A stretch of 64,000 nucleotides of DNA from Bacteroidales bacterium (GTDB lineage Bacteria > Bacteroidota > Bacteroidia > Bacteroidales > JAADJA01): assembly GCA_016783885.1 (NCBI GenBank), contig JADHVR010000001.1, forward strand, positions 54,284-118,283. Direction: 5' to 3'. Below the pieces are notes generated by a model, which worked only from the letters and a program-made list of their open reading frames with translations, did no database searches and had not been told where the DNA came from. Positions within the stretch are counted from its first letter, which is position 1, and each line of letters starts with the position of its first letter. Positions 1 to 8,467 of the stretch are shown here, in pieces. A program made the position numbers and the translations under genes.

Positions 1-389
1 ATAAAATATAGCAGAAACGATAGTATTATTAATTGTTTTACGGTTTTGTTTTCTGCTAAGAAATACCAAATACCTGTGATGATGAGTAACAGTAAACTTG
101 CCGAAAGGAAAATACCAAACATGTTCGAATACAAAGTTTTCAGGTCATTTTTAGTTTTGAAAGCGTTATAATATCTCCATAAACAGCTCGCAAGCCAGGA
201 ATATATAAAAATGGAGATGTACGAAAAAGTTATGGTTATGATACCGAGGTAGCCGTACTCTTCAGGTGTAAAGTACCTTGTAAAAATAGGGGTTTTTATA
301 AAGCCGACGCCCAACGGGATAAGAGCGCCAAACAGATACCACCCTATATCTTTTATAAACCTGGTGTTATTTCCTTTTAAATCCAACAT
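1..389 (-). CDS. Wzx/MOP-type polysaccharide flippase, N-terminal part (gene continues past window start)
   Basis: Absent from the ORF track because there is no stop in the window. Reverse-strand reading from the ATG at 389-387 gives MLDLKGNNTRFIKDIGWYLFGALIPLGVGFIKTPIFTRYFTPEEYGYLGIITITFSYISIFIYSWL..., a multi-TM pattern like Wzx N-termini. It overlaps the upstream GT gene stop by 23 nt. Confidence 0.5.
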   Translation of the reverse strand, partial: MLDLKGNNTRFIKDIGWYLFGALIPLGVGFIKTPIFTRYFTPEEYGYLGIITITFSYISIFIYSWLASCLWRYYNAFKTKNDLKTLYSNMFGIFLSASLLLLIITGIWYFLAENKTVKQLIILSFLLYF

Positions 390-1575
390 TTTTTGAATAA
401 ATATCAATAAGTTTCTTTTCCATAAAATCCCACCTGTATTTTTTATCAACCGCTGCTATTCCGTTATCACTATATTTCCGAAATAGTTCAGGATTGTTCA
501 GTATTTTTAAAATTGCCCCTGCTATTTCTTTTGGTTCTTCCGGGTTTACCGCAATACCAATGTTTTCATTTTTAATATAGTCGTTGATATGCCCGAAATT
601 ACTCCCGACTATAGGCAACCCGTAGTTCATATATTCAAATATTTTAATCTGAAGTATTATTCTGTGTGTTTTAATTGGTAAAAATATCCCCAAGCCGATC
701 TTGCTTTTATTATAAAATTCAGAAACGCGGGTATAAGGTACTGAGTCGTGAAGAATTACATTTTTTTCCAGATTATTTTCTTTAATGAATTCCTGCATTT
801 CAGATTTCAGGTTTTCAGGAAAGTACGAACCAAGGAATAATACTTTCAGGTTATTTTTTTCTCTTGCGGCAATTTTAGCAGCTTCAAGAATTTTAAATGC
901 CCCTCGCAACTTAGTTACGCCTCCGCAATATATGGCATCGTAAATCTTATCCTTGTAATCAGTGTTCTCTCTTGTATTCTCAAGATTTGTGTAATTATAA
1001 ATAATATCAACTTTGTCATAAGGAATCTTTTCACGGAATCTGTCTCTCAGGTTTTCTTCGGTTGTAATGATAAAATCATAATTTTTCGCACATTTTATTT
1101 CCCAGCGCCTGATATATTCAGCATAGATTTTTTTTATAAAAGTAAATATCCCTTTGGTATTTAAGTAATCGAGTATATTTTCGGGATGAGGTTCATGTAT
1201 GTCGTAAATGACGATTGGCTGGTAGGGGAGGAGTTTTAATTTTTTCCCAATTTTATTTACTCTCAGGTCGTGGATGTGATAAACGTCAGCCTTTATTCCT
1301 GCAGCCTGACTGAACATTTTTGAGTAAAGTCCTCCGGGAAAGATTTTATTAATTAAATAATTTAAAAATCTATTCCTTACATAAACTCTCCTTTTAATCT
1401 TTATAAAATTTATTCCTTCTTCAGTAATACCTTTTTCATCCTTGTTACCGGCAAGTATATAATGTACATCGTACCCGTTTTTTTTCAATGACAAAGCCTC
1501 TTTCCAATAAACCCTGTCATCAAGCAGATTATGGATATCGGCTAAAAAACACACCTTTATTGTATTACTTTTCAT
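367..1575 (-). CDS. Glycosyltransferase, GT-B fold (GT4/GT1-like)
   Basis: 402 aa. The C-terminal half (GLPIVGSNFGHINDYIKNENIGIAVNPEEPKEIAGAI) resembles the GT4 nucleotide-sugar binding region. Sits in a polysaccharide-gene context. Confidence 0.75.
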   Translation of the reverse strand: MKSNTIKVCFLADIHNLLDDRVYWKEALSLKKNGYDVHYILAGNKDEKGITEEGINFIKIKRRVYVRNRFLNYLINKIFPGGLYSKMFSQAAGIKADVYHIHDLRVNKIGKKLKLLPYQPIVIYDIHEPHPENILDYLNTKGIFTFIKKIYAEYIRRWEIKCAKNYDFIITTEENLRDRFREKIPYDKVDIIYNYTNLENTRENTDYKDKIYDAIYCGGVTKLRGAFKILEAAKIAAREKNNLKVLFLGSYFPENLKSEMQEFIKENNLEKNVILHDSVPYTRVSEFYNKSKIGLGIFLPIKTHRIILQIKIFEYMNYGLPIVGSNFGHINDYIKNENIGIAVNPEEPKEIAGAILKILNNPELFRKYSDNGIAAVDKKYRWDFMEKKLIDIYSKNVGFKRK

Positions 1576-1586
1576 TAAGTATTCGA

Positions 1587-2666
1587 TTATTTAATAAACT
1601 CCCTTAACCTGGCAAATATTTTATTGGCTTTTGATACCTTATCCTCATAAACCATAGGTTTAATTTTACCTATTTCATTCACATCCTGTTCAGTAAGATC
1701 AAGCATTTTTTTAATCAGGTCGATATTCGGAGGATTGTTTTTCAGGTTATCCCTGTCATGGATATCAAGCGCTTGTTCTCTTGTTATTTCCCCGTTTCTG
1801 ACCATAGTGCTTAATTGAACGATCCGCCGGGAGTATCCAAACCGCTGTTCGCGGATATAATTAGTAAATGGTTCTGCCAGGCAATCGAAATGCTTGGTAT
1901 ATCCCGAACCGCTATGATCTTCCCAATCCATCTCTTGTTGTATTATTTTCCCCATTTCTTCATCAGTAGGGTTATCGATAAAAAATAACGGATCAACCTT
2001 TTTACCAAATCGCCCGGTCTTTGTAAAAAAGTAATTTGAGAAATAGTTTTGTCGCTGATAAATCAAAAACCTTCGAATATCTGCTTTAGTAATTCCTTTT
2101 GCATTGGTAAGTATATGCTTTAAACGTACTGTGTCATAAATGTTTTCAGGAGTAAAGGAATCATCTTCCAAAGGAGAATGTCCAAGTAAGATCAACGGAA
2201 TTTTATACGTTTCCGACATCTTTAACATGCTATTCATAATACCAATACCACACACTCCACAAATTTCACCTGATTTAACAAGTGCTTGCCTGTAGATATT
2301 TTTCAACAACCCCAGGGAAGGATGGATAAAAATATGATCGACACTAACTTTTTCCACAGCACGTTTAATATTTTGTAAAGCCAGTTCGCTAAAAAAGCCG
2401 TTGTCATAAGTATATGTCAGTACATTGAGTTTATAAACCTTAGTGGCAAGATATAAAATGTAAGTGCTGTCTTTACCTCCGCTAAAAGGCACTAATACAT
2501 CATAAGCCCTGTTTTTCCTCTTTGTTTTTTCAAAATAAGCTATGAGATGTTTTTCTCCTATTGGCTTAAAAACTTTCCTGTTTTCACATCTGTTGCAAAC
2601 ACCTTCTTGATTAATTATTGTGCCTGGTACTTCATCGGTCAGAATACATTTTGTACACCTGGTCAT
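1587..2666 (-). CDS. N-acetyl sugar amidotransferase (PP-loop ATP pyrophosphatase, WbpG/WbuX-like)
   Basis: 359 aa. N-terminal CxxC...CxxC ribbon (CTKCILTD...CNRCEN) followed by the PP-loop SGGKDS. Adjacent to GT and flippase genes. Confidence 0.75.
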   Translation of the reverse strand: MTRCTKCILTDEVPGTIINQEGVCNRCENRKVFKPIGEKHLIAYFEKTKRKNRAYDVLVPFSGGKDSTYILYLATKVYKLNVLTYTYDNGFFSELALQNIKRAVEKVSVDHIFIHPSLGLLKNIYRQALVKSGEICGVCGIGIMNSMLKMSETYKIPLILLGHSPLEDDSFTPENIYDTVRLKHILTNAKGITKADIRRFLIYQRQNYFSNYFFTKTGRFGKKVDPLFFIDNPTDEEMGKIIQQEMDWEDHSGSGYTKHFDCLAEPFTNYIREQRFGYSRRIVQLSTMVRNGEITREQALDIHDRDNLKNNPPNIDLIKKMLDLTEQDVNEIGKIKPMVYEDKVSKANKIFARLREFIK

Positions 2667-2681
2667 AAAATTTATCTTTTT

Positions 2682-3197
2682 TTAAATTTCAAAAGAATCA
2701 ATTAGTTTAATTGCATTTTTCACTCTAACTTCTCCTGTCCCGCTAATTATTGCATAAGGCAAATTTCTCTCATTAAGTTCATTCAGATATAGCTGAAACA
2801 GTTGTTCCCTGGTTTCAGAGTCTTCCCTTTGCGGATCATATTTCCACTGAATATCAGGTTTGCAAAGTAAATAAATATCGTAAGTATGTTGTTCAATAGT
2901 TTTTAATATCCAATCGTGGCACTTTTTAAACTTTACTTCGCACCATATTTTTGTAACTATTAATTCTGTATCACAAAAAAGCAGGTTGTTGGCTTTTCTT
3001 ACAAGTTGCTCCTCACGTTTTAATTGTTCCTTTGCGATTACCAAAATATCCTCATAATCATAAGGGCGAGTGCGATTATCAATATATTCCCTTGCATATT
3101 CAGGCACCCAAACAGTGTTGTAGTGCCGGGCAAGTCTTTCAGCCAATTCCGACTTTCCCGTGCTTTCCGGTCCTGTTATAGCTATTCGTTTGATCAC
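2682..3197 (-). CDS. NadR-type small P-loop kinase (nicotinamide riboside kinase-like ATPase)
   Basis: 171 aa. Walker A ITGPESTGKSELAERLA, then VWVPEYAREY as in the NadR C-terminal RNK domain. Lies downstream of pnuC. Confidence 0.65.
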   Translation of the reverse strand: MIKRIAITGPESTGKSELAERLARHYNTVWVPEYAREYIDNRTRPYDYEDILVIAKEQLKREEQLVRKANNLLFCDTELIVTKIWCEVKFKKCHDWILKTIEQHTYDIYLLCKPDIQWKYDPQREDSETREQLFQLYLNELNERNLPYAIISGTGEVRVKNAIKLIDSFEI

Positions 3198-3242
3198 AAT
3201 TTTAATATAGAACTATGAAATAAGACAAAAGTAATAAAGTTG

Positions 3243-3411
3243 TTGAATGGTTGAATGGTTAAATTGTCATTCGGTGGTCATTAAGTAGTCATTCAATAGT
3301 CAGTTCCCGCAATTGCTGGAAACGACAACTTAATAACAGCGAAGCTAAATGACAACAAATGACAGCAAAGCAAATGACCATCAATGACAGCAAAGCGTAA
3401 TGACCAATGAC
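3243..3411. repeat. Intergenic hexamer-array element: 2x TTGAATGG, then 3x GTCATT (11-nt phase), facing 6x AATGAC
   Basis: GTCATT at 3266, 3277 and 3288, plus GTCAG at 3299. AATGAC at 3348, 3358, 3373, 3383, 3399 and 3406 (spacings 10/15/10/16/7). A related element is at 63574-63758. Confidence 0.8.
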
Positions 3412-3443
3412 TAATAATAATTGACATTAACGCACGAACACTT

Positions 3444-4076
3444 TTATACTTTTTCCCGAATCAGTTTCTTCCTCCATGAAATATATCCCATAACAGCAAG
3501 AATTAAAAAAATAATAAACTGGAAACTTGTAAACCCCAAACCCTTGTATGCATAAAGAGGAACTGAAATCACATTGCCGATAATCCATAAAATCCAGTTT
3601 TCTATTTTTTTCAATGCCATCAGCCACATGCCTACGATAAAAACGGCTGTTGTAAAAGTATCAATATATGGTACTTTGGTTGACCAGTATTCTGCGTCAT
3701 CCTGCTTAAATATTTTTAATAATATAATAATAACAATAAGCGATAAAATAAACATTCCAATTGCAATCAGCCAGTCTTTACGGGTGCAGGCAGTTATTCT
3801 AATCCTGGGCTGTGCTTTTTTCTTTGCCCATTTGTACCAGCCATATACACTCATGATAAAATAAAACAGGTTGATTCCTGCATCGGCATATAGCTTTATT
3901 CCAAAACAGATGTAAACATAAATAAGGACGCTTACTATTCCAGTAGGGTAAACCAGTATTTTCTCCTGCCTGGCAAACCAAACGCTCATCAAACCAAACA
4001 CAACTGCAATGAATTCAAGCCAGGTTGTATCAAGAATGTTATTCCTTATTGTTTCTATTATAGCTGCGGTATCCAT
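3444..4076 (-). CDS. pnuC: PnuC-family vitamin (nicotinamide riboside / possibly thiamine) transporter
   Basis: 210 aa, polytopic. N-terminus ...WLEFIAVVFGLMSVWFARQEKILVYPTGIVSV... and a W-rich C-terminal half are typical of PnuC. Confidence 0.8.
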   Translation of the reverse strand: MDTAAIIETIRNNILDTTWLEFIAVVFGLMSVWFARQEKILVYPTGIVSVLIYVYICFGIKLYADAGINLFYFIMSVYGWYKWAKKKAQPRIRITACTRKDWLIAIGMFILSLIVIIILLKIFKQDDAEYWSTKVPYIDTFTTAVFIVGMWLMALKKIENWILWIIGNVISVPLYAYKGLGFTSFQFIIFLILAVMGYISWRKKLIREKV

Positions 4077-4130
4077 AAAAGAGTGCCTAAAAAACCAAAT
4101 TTCAAAAAGCTAAAAACCAAAAATCAATAA

Positions 4131-4373
4131 CTATCTAAGGTCTGCATTAATTATTTTTAAAATAAATACCGAGTTGGGGAGTTCGAATGACTTATGTATT
4201 TCTCTAATTATGGCATCCATTACATCGAAATACTCACCAAAAACCTGCGTGCTCATTGTGTTGGTCTTGCATTTAATTTTGCTGTAAGTATTGAGTCTGC
4301 CGATAAAATCCACTATATGTGGAATATACCTTTCATTTAATGGGTAATAACTGATTTCAACAGATGTTTTCAT
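4131..4373 (-). CDS. DUF77 / MTH1187 / YkoF-like small (thiamine-binding family) protein
   Basis: About 80 aa, starting from the second Met (MKTSVEISYYPLNERYIPHIVDFIGRLN...). Size and beta-alpha pattern fit the MTH1187/YkoF family. First gene of the pnuC operon. Confidence 0.45.
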   Translation of the reverse strand: MKTSVEISYYPLNERYIPHIVDFIGRLNTYSKIKCKTNTMSTQVFGEYFDVMDAIIREIHKSFELPNSVFILKIINADLR

Positions 4374-4402
4374 ATTGAGATATTTTAAAAGCAAAATTAT
4401 AA

Positions 4403-4729
4403 TTAACGACTGTATAAATAATTTTTTTTTGAATAATTCATAATTTTTTTCTTAATACCACCAAATATCACATAAACAACATCTTCATTTGAATAAATCC
4501 CCACATTTTGCTGATTAGTTTCATCAATGCCGTTAGGCTCACCAAAGTGAAGCAGTAACCTGTTGGGATCATCCCCAATTCCCACATTTCCCGAATTATC
4601 CCTCGCCACAGCCTGGTATTTAAATACTTGTGGTGTCTAAGAATAAGAAAGGATTGCCGAAACAATAATGACCGAAAGAAATAATACAAACTTTTTCAGT
4701 ATAAAAGTTTTTATGGAATTTGATTTCAT
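4403..4729 (-). pseudogene. Decayed paralogue of the N-terminus of the neighbouring tail-fibre-like repeat protein, with an in-frame TAG
   Basis: Reading from the ATG at 4729 gives MKSNSIKTFILKKFVLFLSVIIVSAILSYS*TPQVFKYQAVARDNSGNVGIG.... It aligns to ...ISANAQSPQAFKYQAIVRDATGE of the 747-aa protein. The TAG at 4639-4637 aligns with a Gln, which could be a one-base change (CAA in the paralogue). Confidence 0.6.
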
Positions 4730-4780
4730 AAGGGTGTAAATTTATTGAAATATTGGCTGATCTGCAAATTTGCGTAGATG

Positions 4781-4812
4781 AAAAAAAACCGGCTCCAAAA
4801 TTTAAGAGCCGG
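4781..4812 (-). terminator. Rho-independent terminator of the repeat-protein gene
   Basis: Stem CCGGCTC (4789-4795) / GAGCCGG (4806-4812). On the minus strand it is followed by T8 (the A-run at 4781-4788). Confidence 0.6.
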
Positions 4813-4839
4813 CTTTGATTTGATTCTTCTAACAGGTAA

Positions 4840-7044
4840 TTAATCCAATTGCTTCCAAATCCCGTTAAGATAGCAGTAAATGTGATGGTCTGTTGAATTG
4901 ATATACAGGTCACCTTCTGATGGATCCGACGGAGCGCTGCTTCTCGGCTCAAGACGCATCACATCGCTTATGTGCAGGCTTCTTTGTGGATTTGTAGTGC
5001 CAATACCAACATTGCCATATTTAATTGTCACTGTACTATCAACTGCGCTATACAAAGTATCAGCATCAATTGTCCAGTCGTCATCTCCAGTAAAGCCAGA
5101 ATTAGAAATTACTTTAAGGGTACTGTCAGCAGGGTCCCATGTAACCAGGGAATCAGTTAGTGAGCCTAACACCATATCCTCTATTTTCAAAGCCCCTGCT
5201 ACATGGAGTTTTTCATCGGGATTTATTGTGCCGATACCAACATTGCCATATTTAATTGTCACTGTACTATCAACTGCGCTATACAAAGTATCAGCATCAA
5301 TTGTCCAGTCATCATCTCCAGTAAAGCCAGAATTAGAAATTATTTTAAGGGTACTGTCAGCAGGGTCCCATGTAACCAGGGAATCAGTTAGTGAGCCTAA
5401 CACCATATCCTCTATTTTCAAAGCCCCTGCTACATGGAGTTTTTCATCGGGATTTATTGTGCCGATACCAACATTACCTGCATTATCAATAGCGAATCGT
5501 GTTTCATTTCCTTGTCCGAATGAACGGTCGCGTATGTTAAAACTACCGGTCAGACCATCCAGGTAAAAATCCCACCAAAAATTACCTTCATCACCCTGGT
5601 TTGGCTGATTGCCCCAGATAAGCTCCACGCCCGGAGAAAATGCAGTAGCATCCGTAACCCGCCAGATACGCATTACCGCATCCGTACTGACAAGGTTTAA
5701 CGCACGATTGGCTTTTGTGCTGTTTACAGTATTTCCGAACGCACCTCTGCCGTAAACATGTAAAGGAGTGACTGGTGTTGTTGTGCCAATACCAACGTTG
5801 CCATATTTAATTGTTACTGTACTATCAGCTGCGCTATACAAAGTATCGTTATCAATCGTCCAGTCGTTATCACTGCTTAGACCGGTATAAGAAATTACTT
5901 TTAACTTACTGTCAGCCGGATCCCAGGTTACCAGCGAATCGGATGTGGAGCCTGCTACCATGTTCTCTATTTTTAATGCTCCGGCAACATGTAATTTTTC
6001 ATCCGGATTGGTTGTGCCGATACCAACATTTCCCGAAGTGTCAATGACCATGCGGGTTTCATTACCCTGTCCAAAAGAACGGTCGCGGATGTTAAAACTA
6101 CCGGTCAGTCCATCAAGGTAAAAATCCCACCAGAAATTACCTTCATCACCCTGATTTGGCTGATTGCCCCAGATAAGCTCCACGCCCGGAGAAAATGCAG
6201 TAGCATCCGTAACCCGCCAGATACGCATTACCGCATCCGTACTGACAAGGTTTAACGCACGATTGGCTTTTGTGCTGTTTATGGTATTTCCAAATGCACC
6301 TCTGCCGTTGACATGTAAAAGCGTGACCGGAGAGACAGTTCCGATCCCAACATTGCCGGGTACGGCAGCATACATATCATTTCCCGAGATGGTCCAGTCA
6401 GTATCGTTAATGGCCGAAGCGTGGATCTTTTTCAAAGTGCTGTCAGCAAAATCCCAGGTAACGAGTGAATCGGATAAGGAGCCGGTTGACAATTCTTCTA
6501 ATTTAAGATTACCGGCAACATGTAGCTTAGTATCGGGATTTATGATACCGATACCCACCTTTCCATCTTTAATTGTCACCGTACTATCAGCAGCGCTGTA
6601 TAAAGTATCAGAATCGGCTGTCCAGTCGCCGTCGTTACTGTATCCCGCATTTTCTGCATACAATGCATATGGTACGCTCAATACCTGTGTGGTTCCCATA
6701 GAGGTATAGGCACTTCCTCCATAAGGATCGAGTTCCACCTCCAGAAATTTGGAATTGTTTCCCCAATCAATATCTGCAAATATACCTGTTACCGGTGTCC
6801 CGTTACCAATTTCAAGATTTGCAATCCCGAACTGATTGGTTGTTGTGGCATGTGTCTCCTGGTAAAGGATGGTTCCGACAGCAGATCCGTCGCGTATACC
6901 GATTCGGAAACTAACGTTTTGATTCGATAAAATTTCGCCAGTTGCATCCCTTACTATCGCCTGGTATTTAAAAGCCTGTGGAGACTGGGCATTAGCGGAA
7001 ATAAATAAGAGAAATAAAACAACAAATAAAGCCAGTTTTTTCAT
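4840..7044 (-). CDS. Secreted tail-fibre-like repeat protein (NVGIGT-x-P-x-x-KLHV repeats), probable surface adhesin
   Basis: The signal peptide MKKLALFVVLFLLFISANAQ starts at the ATG at 7044. The ORF-track start at 7083 adds 13 aa. Contains multiple GNVGIGTxNPDEKLHVAG units. The C-terminus is GDLYINSTDHHIYCYLNGIWKQLD. Confidence 0.7.
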   Translation of the reverse strand: MKKLALFVVLFLLFISANAQSPQAFKYQAIVRDATGEILSNQNVSFRIGIRDGSAVGTILYQETHATTTNQFGIANLEIGNGTPVTGIFADIDWGNNSKFLEVELDPYGGSAYTSMGTTQVLSVPYALYAENAGYSNDGDWTADSDTLYSAADSTVTIKDGKVGIGIINPDTKLHVAGNLKLEELSTGSLSDSLVTWDFADSTLKKIHASAINDTDWTISGNDMYAAVPGNVGIGTVSPVTLLHVNGRGAFGNTINSTKANRALNLVSTDAVMRIWRVTDATAFSPGVELIWGNQPNQGDEGNFWWDFYLDGLTGSFNIRDRSFGQGNETRMVIDTSGNVGIGTTNPDEKLHVAGALKIENMVAGSTSDSLVTWDPADSKLKVISYTGLSSDNDWTIDNDTLYSAADSTVTIKYGNVGIGTTTPVTPLHVYGRGAFGNTVNSTKANRALNLVSTDAVMRIWRVTDATAFSPGVELIWGNQPNQGDEGNFWWDFYLDGLTGSFNIRDRSFGQGNETRFAIDNAGNVGIGTINPDEKLHVAGALKIEDMVLGSLTDSLVTWDPADSTLKIISNSGFTGDDDWTIDADTLYSAVDSTVTIKYGNVGIGTINPDEKLHVAGALKIEDMVLGSLTDSLVTWDPADSTLKVISNSGFTGDDDWTIDADTLYSAVDSTVTIKYGNVGIGTTNPQRSLHISDVMRLEPRSSAPSDPSEGDLYINSTDHHIYCYLNGIWKQLD
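5000..5461. repeat. Two tandem 231-bp (77-codon) copies inside the repeat-protein gene
   Basis: 5000-5230 versus 5231-5461 differ at only 3 positions by eye. A third, diverging copy starts at 5462. Confidence 0.9.
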
Positions 7045-7129
7045 ATTTCTTAATTTTTTAAAAATTGAATATTTACAGGGCATAAATTTACAAATTATTG
7101 TTGATATACAAAAAAGAATAGTAATATAT

Positions 7130-7160
7130 AAAAAACCGGCAGATTTAAGTTATCTGCCGG
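7130..7160 (-). terminator. Terminator-like hairpin with no obvious upstream gene on its strand
   Basis: Stem CCGGCAGAT (7136-7144), loop TTAAGTT, stem ATCTGCCGG (7152-7160). A T6 run follows on the minus strand. Confidence 0.4.
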
Positions 7161-7312
7161 GCAAATGAAATATTTTCATTTTCATAACATAAATAGAATC
7201 TAATCTTAACTAATATAATATTTCCATGAAAACTTCAATTCAGATTTGAAAATTTCATGGAATTTTTAATACCTATCGTTTTTTTTATTTACTTTGTAAA
7301 AAACTTTATATC

Positions 7313-7864
7313 ATGAAAAAATCAAAATTCAACTTATTCCTGGTTTTCTTTTTAGCATTAACAGTCAGCAGTTGCCTGACAGTAGAAAAAAAAGAATACA
7401 CTTTTGAGCTGAAGGATAATCACTCCGGCACGCTTACCATTAAGTATATCAATATTATTTCGATGAAGGATGATACAACTGATATTTCCGAAAGCGATTT
7501 TGATGATTTAATATCAACTTATCTTGAAGGTGATCAGATAGAAAATGATTATAAAGATGCTGTTGTCATAAGCAAGCGCCTTTTTGAAGAGGATGGAGTA
7601 TTATGCGGTGAAGTTGTAATTGACTTTAATGATTTAAAAAGTGCAGGTCTGTTTCAGTACGACAACAAGAGTCCATTCATGCTTAACCTTGGTTCTTTTT
7701 CAGATACTGAATCTTATTTGAATTCCAATGGTGAGTATGGCGGAGAAATCATGCCTGTTGTCTTCTGGCAGAAATCATTGAAAACATTAACACTTACGAC
7801 TTCCGTCAATAGTCCTGATGAGACTTGTGTCAGCCTGCTGGATGAGTATAATAATTGGAAGTAG
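7313..7864 (+). CDS. Hypothetical lipoprotein
   Basis: 183 aa. Signal peptide with lipobox-like LTVSSC. Confidence 0.6.
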   Translation: MKKSKFNLFLVFFLALTVSSCLTVEKKEYTFELKDNHSGTLTIKYINIISMKDDTTDISESDFDDLISTYLEGDQIENDYKDAVVISKRLFEEDGVLCGEVVIDFNDLKSAGLFQYDNKSPFMLNLGSFSDTESYLNSNGEYGGEIMPVVFWQKSLKTLTLTTSVNSPDETCVSLLDEYNNWK

Positions 7865-7988
7865 AGATAAAGTTCAAAGTAAAAAGCGACACGAAGTTAG
7901 CCCGCATGGGTAAATAGCCAATAATCAATAGTCAATTATAAAATTTATCCGGGATTTATTATCTGCCTCCCGGACCGGGACCAGGACC

Positions 7989-8456
7989 TTACCTGCCGGA
8001 TAGTCTTTTCATTAGCTCAACCTTAAACTCTCTGTCAGCTTCTATTAACATCAGTATCTTTTTAGGCGGAAGAATCTGTTTTAGCTGAGCATGAAATTCT
8101 TTTTTCAAATTCAGCATTTTTTGTTCATGTTCCAGTTGGGCATCAGCAAGTTCTTCGGCTTCTTTATCTGATATTTCCCAGATGTTTCGGGGACTGATAT
8201 CATACTTCTCACGAAATCCCTTTATCTCTTCTTCCATTTTTGCCTCTTGTTCATTGTAAACAGGCCAGAATATCTGAGCTTCTTCAGGAGAAAGATCAAG
8301 TTTCTCTGTAATAAATGCAATCCTATGCGCCTTAATTTTCTCCCTTTTTTGCTGATACTTGTATCCCGGATCACCTTGTGCCTGTATTGTCTGAGCAACT
8401 ATCATTACTGATGTAATAAGTGCCAAATTCCGTAATATTTTTGAATATCGTTTCAT
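7989..8456 (-). CDS. Periplasmic helical protein (Spy/CpxP-like), third gene of the ECF sigma operon
   Basis: 155 aa. Signal peptide, then charged helical repeats (LSPEEAQIFWPVYNEQEAKMEEE..., LKQILPPKKILMLIEADREF). Confidence 0.5.
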   Translation of the reverse strand: MKRYSKILRNLALITSVMIVAQTIQAQGDPGYKYQQKREKIKAHRIAFITEKLDLSPEEAQIFWPVYNEQEAKMEEEIKGFREKYDISPRNIWEISDKEAEELADAQLEHEQKMLNLKKEFHAQLKQILPPKKILMLIEADREFKVELMKRLSGR

Positions 8457-8467
8457 AACTATAAATT

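Noticed and set aside
3243-3427. Possible CRISPR-like array, because of the regularly spaced repeats
   Set aside because: The repeat units are only 6 nt with 4-10 nt between them. There are two opposed arrays, no 25-40-nt repeats or spacers, and no cas genes in the window.
4395-4840. TPP or NAD riboswitch upstream of the YkoF-like/pnuC operon
   Set aside because: I found no CTGAGA...ACCTGATCTGGATAATGCCAGCG-type core or other recognisable riboswitch signature by eye. The region is instead occupied by a decayed gene fragment and a terminator. A covariance-model scan is still advisable.
4898-6709. Long plus-strand ORFs (222 aa, 181 aa and duplicated 62-aa ORFs) antisense to the repeat-protein gene
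   Set aside because: They mirror the internal repeats of the minus-strand gene, have Ser/Pro/Ile-rich nonsense composition, and lack starts with any upstream signals. They are antisense artefacts.
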